Source: Paragordius varius (lineage: Eukaryota; Animalia; Nematomorpha). From it: a stretch of DNA of 64,000 nt. The position numbers and the translations under genes were made by a program. Location of the stretch: NCBI GenBank assembly GCA_964247055.1, contig OZ176052.1, positions 7,750,001 to 7,814,000 on the forward strand, in the 5' to 3' direction. The notes under the pieces are model-generated. The model had not been told where the DNA came from. It ran no database searches and worked only from the letters and a program-made list of their open reading frames with translations. Positions 40,116 to 54,484 of the stretch are shown here, piece by piece (position 1 is the stretch's first letter; each line of letters opens with the position of its first letter).

Positions 40116-41490
40116 CAGGGGTATTTACCACAAATGGCTTCGCGGGCCGCATTTTTGCAACAAAAATCCAACGGGTCACACTTGCAAAATACATGGGCCT
40201 AAATAAAACAATTAGATTTCGCATAAGAATGCAAAAACCATTATTTATTTTAACCATTTTGGCTAGTTTTTGCCAAAATTAGGAAAGACAAATTTAGAAA
40301 ATTCGTTTAAGAAAATTAATTTTACTTAGATCTCGTAAAATTTTGTATTTGAAATTTTTCGTGTGCTGCATAAATTTTTAGCAGGGCCGCGTGTTGGTTT
40401 GATTTTAATCATGTAACAAAAAATAAATTTTAATAACTATAAAAAAGAATGCAGATGTTGGGAAGATAGTTTATTATGTAGAATATTTGTTTTTGACACC
40501 GCAATTTATTCGCATTTTGAGCGTTATTTCGTGCAAAATAATTGTAATGTGGTGCAGAAAAGAAGTTATATCTGAATGAAAAAAAATCAAAATTACATTA
40601 TAAATTTAAGTTTGTAAAAATTATCATATTTAATAAAAACATCCAAAATTTATTTTTTTCAACTTGACCCTATTTCCTTCAAATCTATTCCTATGTGCTT
40701 TTTGTAAAACACTCATTTTTTTAAAATATGTATTGACTTTATATTCTTGTTAAAATCTTACTTTGTCTCCGAATTTCCCATTCGAAATCATCATTACCTC
40801 CAAGATAATCTCAAAAAATTCAGCCCCCTTTCCTAGTTACATTCTTTCTCTTCCACCCTTGACACTTTCGAAATTCTAACATTAGATTCCAAGAACCCAT
40901 TCTTAAAATCATATTTCCTTCACTCCGTTGCGTATTAGTTTTTTATTTTTATAACCATCAATGGTAATTTTTTTAGTTATTATTTATTAGATTGATAATG
41001 ATCGTTTGTGGTATACTCCCTATGTCCGCTAATAACTGCATTTATAAGCGATAAAATCCGTTATTTTTCAACTGATCAAAAAACCGCACCCTTTTCTTAT
41101 CATCTGAGTAAATCATTTTTCCCTGTTGCATACACATTTGTTTGTTTCAACTCATATTTCCTAGCGATAACCCTTTCTATCAAATTTAAGCTGTTGGTAT
41201 TCGGTAGTTATAACTTATTTTGTTATTTGCTTTTTTAATAGGCGCAAAAATTTACCCATCTATCCTTAATTTCAGTGGTATGCACCAAAAACTTTGAAGA
41301 ACCGAATAAATTATTTTTTTGTCTTAAGGGCCGTGCATTATTAAATAATACCGAGTTGAATAGTTAACTGTTTGATATATATGCAGATATCTCTAATCTA
41401 AATCAGTTACATAAAATTTAATTAATAATTCAGGGCCAAAAAAGCACTTTTAGGGCGCATGCGGCTTGTGGACCGCGGTTTGAGTACCTA
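40116..41490. mobile_element. Probable non-autonomous hAT-like element (GGCTTCGCGGGCCGC family)
   Basis: Starts CAGGGGTATTTACCACAAATGGCTTCGCGGGCCGC, ends ...GCATGCGGCTTGTGGACCGCGGTTTGAGTACC. The right part resembles 36900-37135. TSD not clear. Confidence 0.45.
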
Positions 41491-44400
41491 TATTGTTTTT
41501 GGAGCATTGATTACGAAAAAAAACACTTTTAGCGGAATCATTGTTTGTTTGGCTTTATTATATTTTTTAAATGGCAAATGGCTCATTTGTTGAGGAGACG
41601 TTAGGACATTTTATTAACCAATTAAATGTGTAAATACAATCAATTATCGTGGCTATATAAACAATTTTTACCCAAAAACGTTTCGCTTTTTTGATATTTA
41701 TTTTTTATAAGACATCTATTATAAACAGTATAAAAGTCGTTACAATGGAAAACGACAAAACATAAAAAAGGTTATAACTATTATTATATATCATCCATAT
41801 CTATTAATCATAAATAAAACGCACAAATTCAAATTATTGTATATAATTTGTATATATATATTAAATATATGTATATGATATTTACTTGTTGTATAATATG
41901 TGTATGTAAGTTTGAAGGTCGCTTGAGCGAGAGCGCGTCATTTATTTGTGTTTTGTTGTTTTCGCACTTTATGCTCAAAATTTTCTACTTGCCAATATAC
42001 ATCAATATATAGATAGTTATATTCTAAAATATATACTTTTCGAGTTTTTTTATAAAAAAATTTATATATGGTTATTGTAATGAGTGCACCCTTTTTCCCA
42101 ATAACTACATCCTATACCGTTATTTTTTATTTTTTTCCGTAATTTTTTTTTGAAATTTAATGGTTAAAAAGTCCACACGGTTTTCAACATAGTTTTATAA
42201 TGGTTCTCAAAAAACCATATATGAATCATCTACAAATTTTATATCTGATCCGAAATTCGACAACATCAAATGCCACAAATTTTTTACCTGGGTAACTTTT
42301 AGTTATTGTTTTAAATAAAATTTAATAAATTCTCACTTTGAGTGATAAAAATGCAAAAAATCAGTAAACCAATTGATGCAGTATGCTAAAATTTAAATGA
42401 CCTTTGTCACGTTTTTGCTTATGTCTGTGTGTGTGTGTTGTGTCCTTACACGTTTTAAAAATTGTAATAAACCGTTTTTTTCTTCCTCATTCATCGCTAA
42501 AAGATGCAGATATTTATAAATTATATTTGAAACTTAAATAAATAATAATTAATATTATAAAAGATTTTTTGATTTTTTTTCCTTACGTTTGAAGTATCTC
42601 TTTAATTTTTGATTTTATAGTAAATAGGTTTTTTGTTTAAAATTTATAACTTTTTATAAAAGACAACATTTATAAATATTTTGTTTCCAATCAATATTTT
42701 CTTTGAAAAAAAAACTGTTTATAAAATTCATACCACATATATTTTTATAAATATTTTTATATATATTAATTTATTTTCATAAAAATTAACCTTGAATTTT
42801 CATACTTTATATTTGTTTTATTTACTCTTTTCTTCCTTCGATATATCAGCAGCAAGCAAACACTATTAAAAATATTGATAATTTAATTGAAATAATAATA
42901 AATTTGTTTAACATTGAAATAAAAAGTTGTAAATATTTTTATTAAAAAATTATAAAATTTAATAGTTGATGTTAAAAAAAATTTATACATAATTAATAAA
43001 AACCCAAATTAAATTTAAAAAGGAATCAAAATTTTTTCATATTTTTTATAATAAAATAAACAATTTAACAATTCCAAAAAAAACTTTCAACGCTTCCAAA
43101 AATTTATTGATTATATATATTATCGATAAATAACATAAAACACAATATATATTAATTATAATTAAAACAAATTTTGGAACAGACCAAATTATTAGTTTTT
43201 ATTTTTTTAGCTAAATTTTTGGCACTTAACTCATTTTTTATACTGCTGTGTGATTTATAAATGAATTATGACAATATTATTGAATTATTATATACTAAAA
43301 TAATAAATTTGTCATTTTAATTTATCGCTAAAATACAAAAAATTTAATATGTTTTGACTTGAAAACAACAATAATTTTTGTACTTGTTTGACATTGAAAT
43401 TTTGTTTTTTTGTGCATTGAGTTAGTTGCATTCACAAATTATTTATATATTTATATTTTATATTTTTTTATACAACAACATTCAAAAATTCTGCGTAAAA
43501 TATGGAATAAACTACAAATCCAAATCAACTAAATTGGGCCTTTTGGGATATATTTTATTCGTTAAGGGGTAAATTTAATTAAGAATAATTGGAATATTTA
43601 AATTGAGCAAATGTTTTATTTTGACATTCAATTTAAGATTACTTTTATTAATCGTAAATTCATGTTTTAAATACATTCAATTATTGCTAAATTTAAATAA
43701 TTCTATTTAATACTAATTAATTAAAATTATTTACATACAATAGCCAAATTAATTGTTAATATGTAAACTTAATAATAAACCGTTTTCAGTCAAAAGTAAC
43801 ACTATTTCAAACAAACGCAACATTTTAAATTCCATTTTGGATAGAAAATATTGCATTTGGTTGAAAAATCTTGCTTTGACTGAAAAATGGTACACTTTTA
43901 ATAATTTTGGTTTACAGCAGATAAATTTTAACAAAAAAGATCATTTCCTAACAATAAATTTTTGGGGAGCTTTAAGGTTAAAACCATATATATATATATA
44001 TAAGTCTTTTTCGCTTTATAAAATAAATGAGTTGTTATAGTTTTTATACTTTTGAGATTTATCTTTTTATTATATATACATATTCATATTTATTGCCTTT
44101 TTTAGCTGCACATCACCAAAAAAACGTTATTATGTTTATAAAGGAAATATCGACCTTCGATTTTTTAATCAATCTTTTTGCCACACACTCTAACTTCTAT
44201 ATTTTTTATTGGTTAATTTAGCAATTTAAAAACACAACACATATATAATAAATATTATCAACAAGTTTTTTAGCTACAAAAAAAGCGAAATAATTATTTA
44301 CAAATACCAAATATGTATAGATATTAATCACGGTTTCAAGGTTTTAAACATACATTTATTTGTTTTACATGCATAATTATACTAAAATTCTTAAAAGCTA

Positions 44401-47287
44401 ATCAATTTATATAGATATATAACAAAAAAATGGTCATTTTATAATTAATGTCATCTTTATTGATGATGTTAGTTAACCTTGAAATTTTTTAAATCGTATA
44501 TATGCAATAATATTTAATTCATTGAAGTTTTTATTGTGCCCGCAAAAAAAGTTAATTAAATTTCTTGTCAGGTTTGTTGAATTGAGAAATATCTGTATTA
44601 AGTCAACTTATCTATATGGAAGATAAGTTTTGGAGACCTTGAAAATATTATTGTTATTATCATTTTTTCTGCTTTTTTCTGTCACTCACACGCACAACAC
44701 AATAAAACCAATAAATATATACAATTTATATATATATATATATATAATGTATATAAAAAATATAAATGGGAAAAAATAAATATTGTAGCATAGCTACTAT
44801 ATAGTGTTAACGGAAGGTTATGCGCCGCGCACATATCTAAGCGAATGATAAACAATAAACACAACCATATAACTCACAAGGACTCCCCTGTCAATGATAT
44901 ATATGTATATATATATATATCTAACTAAGTATCTTATATACACGTATTATACTAATTTTTGTATAGTTATAACTGGTTGGTAACTGGTGACCATTTATTA
45001 AATTTTGTTGTTTGTTTGTTTGTTCATTTATAAATACTTGAAATTATGTCGCAATTTTGTCGCGTAGAACATTTCGGATAAAGTTTATTTTTATGCATTT
45101 TTTTATCTGACATTTATCCTATTATGTTGTTATTGTATCTACATAAGTCCAAGTTGTTTACCGCAAAAATTGTCTATAGCCTTGAAAGTTTATTCTCTAA
45201 TTTATCCGCTAGCCTTCCTAATTTTTATTATTTTTATCCTTAAATTTTATAATCCAATCGCATTTTTATTTTTATTAGATCTATCGAATGACCTTTGTTT
45301 CTTTTCTCAAATAGCATACATGGTTTTTAAAGAGAGAGACAACACTTTGAAATTTTTATTATTCAATCTTTTCGGTTAAATTTTTGGCGGCTATATCGAA
45401 CCATACAATATTCGTTACTACCTGAATTACCGTGTTTAGTATCAGACTATTGCATTAACAGTCAACTCTATTGTGGGCAAAAACTCTTTTCACGCTCTTT
45501 GTGTGTAAAGAAATGGTGTTTGCCCTTTATAAAAAAATCTGTAAATGCATTGTCTGGTATGCAAACAATGTAATTATAAACCATCAATCACTACCCAGAC
45601 TCCAAAATTCTAAATTTATTTCAACAATTCCCTTCCTAGAATATGTCATTATTTGATATACCAAGTGGCAGTGTGTTTAGCTGGTTGTTAAGTTATATCA
45701 GCGCACTTGATATTTAATTATTTATATGCTAACATGCCATCCTTTATCAAACCTCGTTTAGATTGTGTCAATCCTCCAAGTAGGAAAAAACACCATGGTG
45801 AAATTTGGGCTTAATTTATACTCTAATTCATCCCATGGTGCAGTTTAAAAATGATACAATTTGGCGATCGAAGGACACGGCGCATATAGATAAATCTTGC
45901 GATTGATTTAGCTTTTTTTATACAAGAAATAAATTATCTATGTACATATATATAGTATTAAGTCAACAATCTAAAACTTCCTTATTATTTATCAAATGCG
46001 CAATGCAAAAAATACACAACCGCTACTCATACTGCTCACCCGGTATATCTCATTTACATCCAATTTAATTTGCCAGGAATTTGCATTTATTCTTTTACCA
46101 AAAGTTATATTCAATTTTAAACTTGACGATTTCATAAATTTAGTTGATACTCTAAGACAGTGATTCCCAACCTTTTTTTGTTAACGCCACACCAAATTGA
46201 AATCCCCCTCCCTTACAAAATAACAAAGATAAAAATGCAAAAATATAAAAATCACCTTCAATGAGATTTTTGTATCTGCAATTCTTGGAACTATTTTATT
46301 TTCATGTGTCTTGATAATTTGCACTTGAGAGTTATTTAAAATTTCTCGAGCACGGAATTAAATTATTAGACACATTTAATAAAAAATCGATTGGAGCAAT
46401 CCTCATTAACCTTTAAAAAGTTTCCGGTTTTATTTAATTGAATTCACCAAACTTTTTGCGCGCCCCTATAGATTTTTCTTGGTCATTCCCCCCACCACTG
46501 CCATAAGAAGTACAAGCTAGATGAAAAGTAATTACTACATTGCATATATATATTTATATATATATATATATAAATATTAGCAAACCACATACAGGATCAA
46601 ATTTTTCACTTGGGCGAAAATTATTTAAAATGTGAAGGATGGACAATGAATGAACATAATATTGTAGAATGAATGAAAAAGTGTCAGTACAAAGAATTTA
46701 TGGATAATCAATGAAATAAATTATATTTAATACTATTATATTGTATTTTAACCAGTCTCCTCTATACTCAAATTTATCAACGCGACATTGAAAATATCAC
46801 CTACTGTTTAAACCGGGGGCCCAACATAAATGGCTTCGCGGGTCACATATAACCAAAAGTTTAGCGGGCTGAATTCGAAAAAAAACTTGTGCATTAATAA
46901 ATATTTTATTAGATATCAAACATGAAACTGTGAAAATTTACTAACACAGAGCTATTTAGTTAGTTAAATTATTAATTTCAAATACCAATATTGTAAATTA
47001 TGTAATTTTTAAACATATGATTTTCCAAAATTTTCGGGATCGCACATTATCTCGAAGGGCCTTAACCGACATTGGTACATTTCGTAAAGAAAATATCATT
47101 TTTTAGAGTATATGTATAGTTTACAAAACTAAAATCCTTGATCCAAAAAAACATCCAAAATCAAGTTTTTCCTGAGTGTTTGTCCGTCGAACAAGATTTT
47201 AACATCGTATTTGTAATATTTGATACGTTAATTAAAATTATTTTTTTAAAATGCTTTTACGGCCGTTTTTTTCAACGGTTCAGAAAA

Positions 47288-49662
47288 TCTATATATTTAT
47301 AGAAATGGAAAATGCTGGCTTTGTGAGTGATCTGTTTCTGGAAAACCGGTAGACCCATTGAAATTCAAATGTCGAATAAATATAATCATTAATGAATGCC
47401 CCTTCGCCCTTTTTTGAATTAGGCCCCCAGTTCGGACCCCCCCGTGTAAAAAACGGGTTTTTTTGAAAACAGAAGTCTACAAAAATCGTGTCTTTGAGAC
47501 AATTTTCCCGAAAACGTGTTGGACCATTCGATTTCAATATTTTTACTTATTTTCGATTGTGCCGAACATAGTCGGCTCGCTTTTTAGGCCCTCTTTTTAC
47601 CCTCTTCCCCCGTAAAATGCCATTTTTTTCAAAAAAACAAGTCCACAAAAAATTTTTTTTGAATTATTTTTCGCCCAGGGTATGAGACCGTAAAAATTTA
47701 ATAAGGATTCCAGATATTCCCTGTTAAAAGACAAAAATTTTATTCGTGCTTTTTTTATATTGCCTGGGTAAAGAGATATCCGCTAAAAACTGCCCCATCA
47801 TATCGAAACAACGTGCTTTTGGGGCTAAATTTCAGAAAACTTATCAGGCCATATGAGTTCAATATGTGCTTAAAATATTACCCGTAACAAGGCAAAAATA
47901 TAGATGGTACGGTTTTTAAAAGCCTTTAATTAGGCCCTTCACACCATGAAAAATGCGCCACCATAGAATGATTTTTTAGTTTTGACGCAATTTTTCCAAA
48001 AACTAATGATAGCATACGGAATCAATCATGATTTCAAGTATTCTCCGTAAAAAGACAAAAATTTTAATCAAGCGTTTTTTTTGTATCAGCCTTGGGTAGG
48101 GAGCTACCCGCCTCCACTATATCAAAATTGCGTTGTTTAGGAGTTGATTTTCAGAAAACTCAAGCCATATAAGTTAAATAAGGGCCTGAAATATTACCCT
48201 TAAGACTAAAATTTAAGTCGAGCGGTTTTTTTAAATTAGCCGTTAATTAGGCCTTTTACGCCCGAAAAAAGCGCTATCATTGAACTATTATTTAGTTTGG
48301 AAGCCATTCTTCCAAAAACTATGAACATATGGAATGAATGATGGTTCCAGATATTCCCCTATAAAGGCAAAATTTTTAATCGAACGTCTTTATATTGACC
48401 TCTGGGTAGGGAGTTACCCGCCTAAAACTGTGCCACCATATCGATACGGCGTGACTTTGGAGGCAAATTTTAGTAAACTTATCAGGCCACATAAGTTCAA
48501 TAAGGGCTTGAAGTATAACCCGTAAAAAGGCACAAATTTAAAGAGACCGGTTTTATTAAATAACCCCTCAATTAGGCCATTGCCATGAAAAATGAGCCAC
48601 AGTAGAATGATTTTTTGGTTTTGAGGCAATTCGAAATCCTACGAAAGCATATTCAATCAATCATGATTCCAGGTATTACCCGAATTAAGGCAAAAATTTT
48701 AATCGAGCGTTTTGTTTCGCCCCTGGTATGGGGGCTACCCGCGCAAAACTGCGTCACCATGTCGATATAGCATGGCTTTGGAGCCAAATTTAAGAAAACC
48801 TTGTAAGTCTAATAGGAACATATGGATTCCTTAATAATTCTAGATATTCCCCATATAATGGCAAAAATTTTGCCTAACGCTTTTTTATCTGCCCCTGGGT
48901 TAAGAGCTTCCCGCCAAAAACTGCGCCAATATATAGAAGTTGCGTTGTTCTGGGGCTAATAACAGAAAATGAAGCCATATGAGTTCATTATAAGCTTGAA
49001 ATTTTACCCGTAACTAGGTAAAAAAGGTGAGGCGTTTTTTATTAGCCTTTAATTTGGGTCCCTTATGCCCTTAAAATACGCCATCATATAACGATTATTT
49101 AGTGTTGAGGTATTTTTCGAATAACCCATGAGACGGTGGCAAAGATGATTCCAAATACTTGTCCTATAAAGGCAAAGATTTTATAAGCCTTTTTCCATAT
49201 AGGTTAATGGGTAAGGGTCTACTGGTTTAAAACTGAGACGCCATATAAAAATGGCGTGGTTTTGGGGCTAATTTTCAAAAAAACTTAAGAAACCATACGA
49301 GTTTATTTAAACACCTTTCTGGGGAATTTGTATAATATCATTCTTTCATTTAAACTTTTTATATCCCTTGATCCCAGCTGTGTGTGTACACAATTCCAAA
49401 ATAAAACTTTTAACCATGATTTCATAAAACGAAAATCTTAAAATATATCCAATGATAGTTTAATATTAACTTTAATAAGGAGCAGTTTAAATATGGTCGA
49501 TTTAAAGTTAAAAAAATTTGAGCCAATGCAAAACCCGTAAAAGAATAATTAAAGACATTCTTTTTATATTATTTTTTATCTCCTTTACCTAAATTTATTG
49601 CAAATATTAAGAATAATTATCGGTGAGACTACGGCACAGCGAAGCGTGACAGGGCCAACTAG
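47288..49662 (+). mobile_element. Non-autonomous Helitron (~2.4 kb)
   Basis: 5' end A|TCTATATATTTATAGAAATG; 3' end with a GCGAAGC hairpin (CACAGCGAAGCGTG) followed by CTAG|T; inserted between A and T with no TSD. Confidence 0.8.
47706..49310 (+). repeat. Diverged tandem array of ~310-325-bp units inside the Helitron (about 5.5 units)
   Basis: Unit-start motif GATTCCAGATATTCCC...AAAAGRCAAAAATTTT recurs at ~47706, 48030, 48343, 48665, ~48836 (after a truncated unit) and 49147. Confidence 0.88.
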
Positions 49663-50229
49663 TATTTTATAAAAGTTATAGATACATTATTTTTTAATTA
49701 TTTCTTAAAAAATAAATGAAAGAACTTTACCCACCTTATATTAAAATTATAAATATTTTTGAATTTATGAAAAATAAAATTAAAAACTGGTTGTTATGTG
49801 AGTGTGGTGAACAGTTTCATAAAAAATTTGAATATATTGGCTCACTTTAATTTAATATTTTCTGAATAAAATTAAAAACCAAAATCAGATTGATTTCTTG
49901 AATTTCGAGCATTCACTCGTGACATAACCACCTGATAGTATATTGAAAACAAATATTTTTTAGCCAATTATATTATGAGGCTTGTGTCTTGTTAGTTATA
50001 ATACTTTACTATCCTAGCCATATATTTTTGCGTAAAGCGGTAGTTGAAAGGGAATGCAATGGGAAACAATGTTTTTCTTTCATTCTTTTATTATATGATT
50101 ACTCTTTAAATATAAAGAGAAAGATTAATATTTATAATTTATCAAAAATTGACAACATTTATAAAGGTTAATTTTTAGGTAGAATTTATTTTATTATCCT
50201 AGATATTTATTTAATATTTTTTGTAAAAA

Positions 50230-53048
50230 GGGTAATAGAGAGGGAAGGCAATGGCAAACCACCCTCGTTTTATTATTGCCAAAAAATAGTTAGACTATGC
50301 AATTGATGCACCCTTTTAAAGTTGGGTGCTGCAATGTACGTTCATTAACAGAAACCAAACAGGTTATAATTGAAAAAGAAATGGAAAGATTGAACTTAGA
50401 TATACTGGGTTTAACGGAAACTAAGAAAAAATGTAGCGTAAAAGCACAAAACGAAAATTATACATTGTTAAGATCGGGGAGAGATGACCAGAAATCAGAA
50501 GGCGTTGCAGTATTAATAAAAAACATTAGTTATACACACCATATACACCCAGAATTATGAGTATTAGGCCGAATGCTAAGCCACTTAAATTTACACACAT
50601 AGTAGTCTACACTCGTACGTTCCCAAAGAAGACACAGAGGATTTTTATGCAAAGTTGCAAATAGTTTAGGATGAAACAAAGAAAGGAGATATGATTATCA
50701 TAGGAGGTGATTGGAACAGCAAAGTTGGTAGAGGTAGAGTAGATCAAATAGTCGGGCCATATGGATTGGGAGCGAAACGAAACTGGGGAGGCACTGATCA
50801 ATTTTTGCCAGGAAAATGAGATGTTGATAACCAACACATGGTTTCCACAACACAATAGGAGGTTATACACATGGACCTTTCTATGTGGTAAATATAAGAA
50901 CCAAATCGATTACATAACATGTCCACAAAAATGGAAAAGCTCTATACTTGATACAAAAACAAGCAAAAGCAGCGATTGCTCTAGCGATCATGAGCTTTTA
51001 GTAACAAAAATTAAACTTAAAATAATTAAAAAAGGTTAAACAGACATACAGATATGACACTCGGAACATTCCAAATAATTTTAGAACAGAAACAAAAGAT
51101 AGATTAGAAAGATTGGACGACGAATGTAGCTCAGAACAATTATGGGGAACGATAAAAAATGTTATTAATGAAGTGGCAAAAGAAAAAGTGCAGAGTGTAA
51201 AGAGGAAAGATAATAAATGGATATCAGAAAAGAGTTTAGAGATAGCAGAAAAGCTAAATCAAGAGGTGATAATAAAATGGTTAAATTATATAACAAAGAA
51301 TTTCAATGACAAACAAGGAAGGATTATGAAGATTTTCTTAATAAACAATGTGTGGAAGTGGAATTAAATAACAAAAAAGGATTAATGCAACCAATATAGA
51401 AACTGAAGCAAATGACTCACAAACCTTATATATCATCCCAAAAGATTAAAAAGAGAATGGCACTATATTGTGCAAACAAACAGAAGTACGAGAAAGATGG
51501 AAGGAATACACCCAAAAACTCTATCACGCTCCTCAAGCAAAAGTGTTGCAATTAAAAGAAGAAGAACGTGATCCAGATATACTAAGAGAGGAGGTTGAAT
51601 TAGCCTTAAAACAAATTTCTAACAACAAAGCGATGGGATTAGACAATATCCCAATATAGTTCATAAAAGCTATTCCTGTAGAAACGTTACACAAGTTATG
51701 TCAAAATGTGTGGGAAACATGTGAGTGGCCAAACGACTGGATATCATCTGTATATCTCCCAATATACAAAAAATGTGATGTACTCCGGTGCGAAAACTAC
51801 CGAAACATAGCTCTTATAAGCCACGCTAGTAAGGTCTTGCTAAAAATATTACAAAACAGGATGCACAGTATTATACAGTCAGATATACCAAATCAAGCCG
51901 GATTTAGGGAGGATAAAAGCACAAGAGACCATATATCAAACATGAGAAGAATAATGGAAACGTCTAAAGAGTTTCAAAAAAAAATATACAAGTGTTTTAT
52001 TGAATACAGACAAGCCTTTGATTCGATTAATTATGATTCCTTGCGGAAAACATTTAAGTTATTAGGGGTGTCGTCCCACATAATAAGATTGATTAGCTAT
52101 CTCTATTTAAAACAAAGAGCGATTATAAGAACATCAGCGGGGAACAGAGAAGAAATACCTATCTTGAAAGGAGTCAGACAAGGGTGTCTTGTCCCCTTAT
52201 CTGTTTAATATGTGCACAGAAATGATAATGAAAAAGTTAGATGGTAAAAATATTGGAGTTAGAATAGGAGGTAGAACAATCAATAATTTAAGGTTTGCAG
52301 ACGATACCACTCTTTTAGCTGAAAGTGTAAATGAAAGGAATTGATTGAAGAGATTCGAAAGGAAAGTTTGAGTTATGATCTTATGCTTAACCCTAACAAA
52401 ACCTAAATATTATGTACCGGAGAAAAGCGTACAATTATTATAGATGGCGTGAAAATCGAAGTAGTTAAACAATTAGGGTTTTTGGGTGCTATAATTTCCG
52501 AGGATGGGTCTTCAACTCCTGACATAAGAAAGAGAATAGAAGCGATGAACAAATTATTTTTGGAATAACAAAAGCGTAGGAGTTGAAACTAAAAAAAGAT
52601 TACTACTGTTTGTTTTCCCGGTCACCACATATGGTAGTGAGAGCTGGACTCTCAGAAAAAGAGACGAAGAAAGGCTCATGGCTTTCGAAAGGAGCTGCTG
52701 GCGTAGGATGCTAGGATACACTTGGAAGGATAAAATTAAGAATGGAAATCTAACTACAGAAATAGAGCCTAAAACAAACATCCTGGAGATAATTATAAAA
52801 AGAAAGTTAACATATTTTGGTCATGTCATGCGATCAAATTCTTTAGAGAAAGATACAATGTTTGGGAAGGTAGAAGGATAAAGGAAACGAGGCCGACCAC
52901 CGATGAGGTGGTTGGATATGATAAAAGAGGTGACTAAAATGGCATTGAATGATCTCAATGTAGCGGTAAAGGTAGAAAAAAGTGGAAGAAATAGTGAAAA
53001 CTATATCCAAAAACTCGTTTACGACTTAGGAATAACCAACCAACCAAC
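50230..53048 (+). mobile_element. Decayed near-full-length RTE-clade non-LTR retrotransposon (APE endonuclease + reverse transcriptase)
   Basis: EN motifs VGCCNVRSL, ILGLTET, GGDWNS, NQIDYI, SDH; RT motifs ENYRNIALISHASKVLLKIL, QAGFR, GVRQGCL, LRFADD (52294-52305); C-terminal RRMLGYTWKDKIKN and LTYFGHVMR. 5' GGAAGGCAATGGCAAACCAC motif; 3' (ACCA)n tail. Many frameshifts and stops. Confidence 0.93.
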
Positions 53049-53915
53049 TTTAAAATTATATTTGGCCAATACTCGATTTATTGTGGCCATTCTTCCTTTT
53101 GTAAAGAGTTTACAAAAAGTTATTTGTTCAGCAAGCAATCGCTGTGTGAGAAAAACATTATTTAAGTTTGGTAATTTAAACGATGAAAGTTGTAAAAAAT
53201 AACTTTGATTAGAAAATTTTGTTTATTTAACCGTAATAATACATAATATTTTTTAAGTTTTAATTAGATTTCCAGCAATGTAATGATGTGTTGTTATAGT
53301 CCCTTCTAAATTTTTATGCGCCCAAAGAAAAAACGCTATTCAGGTTAACTATTGCCTTAACATCTATCGTAAAATTTGTGTAAAATACAAAGTATACTTT
53401 GTCCCAAGGGTTCGAATTTCTTAAAAAATAACTGAAAGTTCGCTATAATGTATATTCGTTATCAAACAATATAATATTTTGGACAGTTTTTTTATAGTTT
53501 TATAATTTCTACATACCGATCTTAGATATTTTAAAAACAAAAAAACAGCTGAAATTTAAATTCAAAAAATTGGTAGCATTTGCTGCCAATGCCTTTTAGA
53601 TGATTAAATTTATTTTTCAACCATAATTTTCCGGGTAAAAACGTTTGAGATGAGGTTTCATAACAATGCACCTACCAGGCCCAATTATAACGATATTCTA
53701 AATTTGAGCCAAATATCATCGTATTAAGGCATTCAAATTTAAAATTGCTCTCGAAAAAAAACCGTTTGAAAATTTCTCCTAAATATAATCAATTATATTG
53801 TTTGATAAAATATTTTAGTTTTATTATTCGCAAAGCGGGTAAATTTGGCAATTATATATTAATTTTTGAAACGCCCGAATTTCTAGGTACATAAAACAAA
53901 TCGAACAAAAAACGT

Positions 53916-54446
53916 TTATTTTTTAACATATTCAGTTTTGAGAGAGGTAATAGGCAAATGATCATCCCAATTTCTAAATTTTTCAGTTAAATCTTTTGAA
54001 TTCAGTACGGGTAACAATAATCCGACACTATTGTATTCGTTTGTATCCTTTGACAATGTCAATTTAATTATATTTTCGCGAGAAGCATGCCTAAAACCTT
54101 TTCTAGTCTTTATTTCGGTATTTAATAAATTAATTTGCTCCAACTCCTCATCAAAACGAAGCAAATAACTTAAATATAGTAAAATTTTATTACTTGGATT
54201 CAATTATATTTTTCATATCTTCATTAGTATAAAATTGTTTTTCATCGTTGACGACAAAATCTTTGAACCATTTAAATCGGGCATGTAAAAAATTTTGTTT
54301 TTCTTCTTTTATCTTTTTGGATTGATTAAACTTTTTTATGTGATTTGTTTGTTGAATAAGTTTTGCAGCTTTACGGCTTTTCGGATGCAATAATTTAATT
54401 TTCTTCGTAACTTTAACCTAACCCTTATTTAAAAATATTTAACCAT
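53916..54446 (-). CDS. TMA16: Translation machinery-associated protein 16
   Basis: Exons 54446-54444 (ATG only), 54417-54194 and 54168-53916, joined by 26- and 25-nt introns. Motifs HPKSRKAA, FKWF, YLLRFDEELEQI, RHASRE..IK, FRNWD match recalled TMA16. Confidence 0.9.
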
Positions 54447-54484
54447 GCTTTCCGAACCTGCAAAAATAAAAAATATGATAGAAT

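Noticed and set aside
40700-40960. Purine-rich minus-strand tract reading LRMGSWNL, like a LINE endonuclease start
   Set aside because: Too short and degenerate to call; no further EN or RT motifs in frame.
48334-48629. ORFs 48334-48525 (+) and 48414-48629 (-)
   Set aside because: They lie in one unit of the Helitron tandem array and the frames are not conserved in neighbouring units.
53405-53420. GGTTCGAAT T-loop-like motifs (also ~11578)
   Set aside because: No cloverleaf or A-box context; no tRNA, rRNA or CRISPR array was found in the window.
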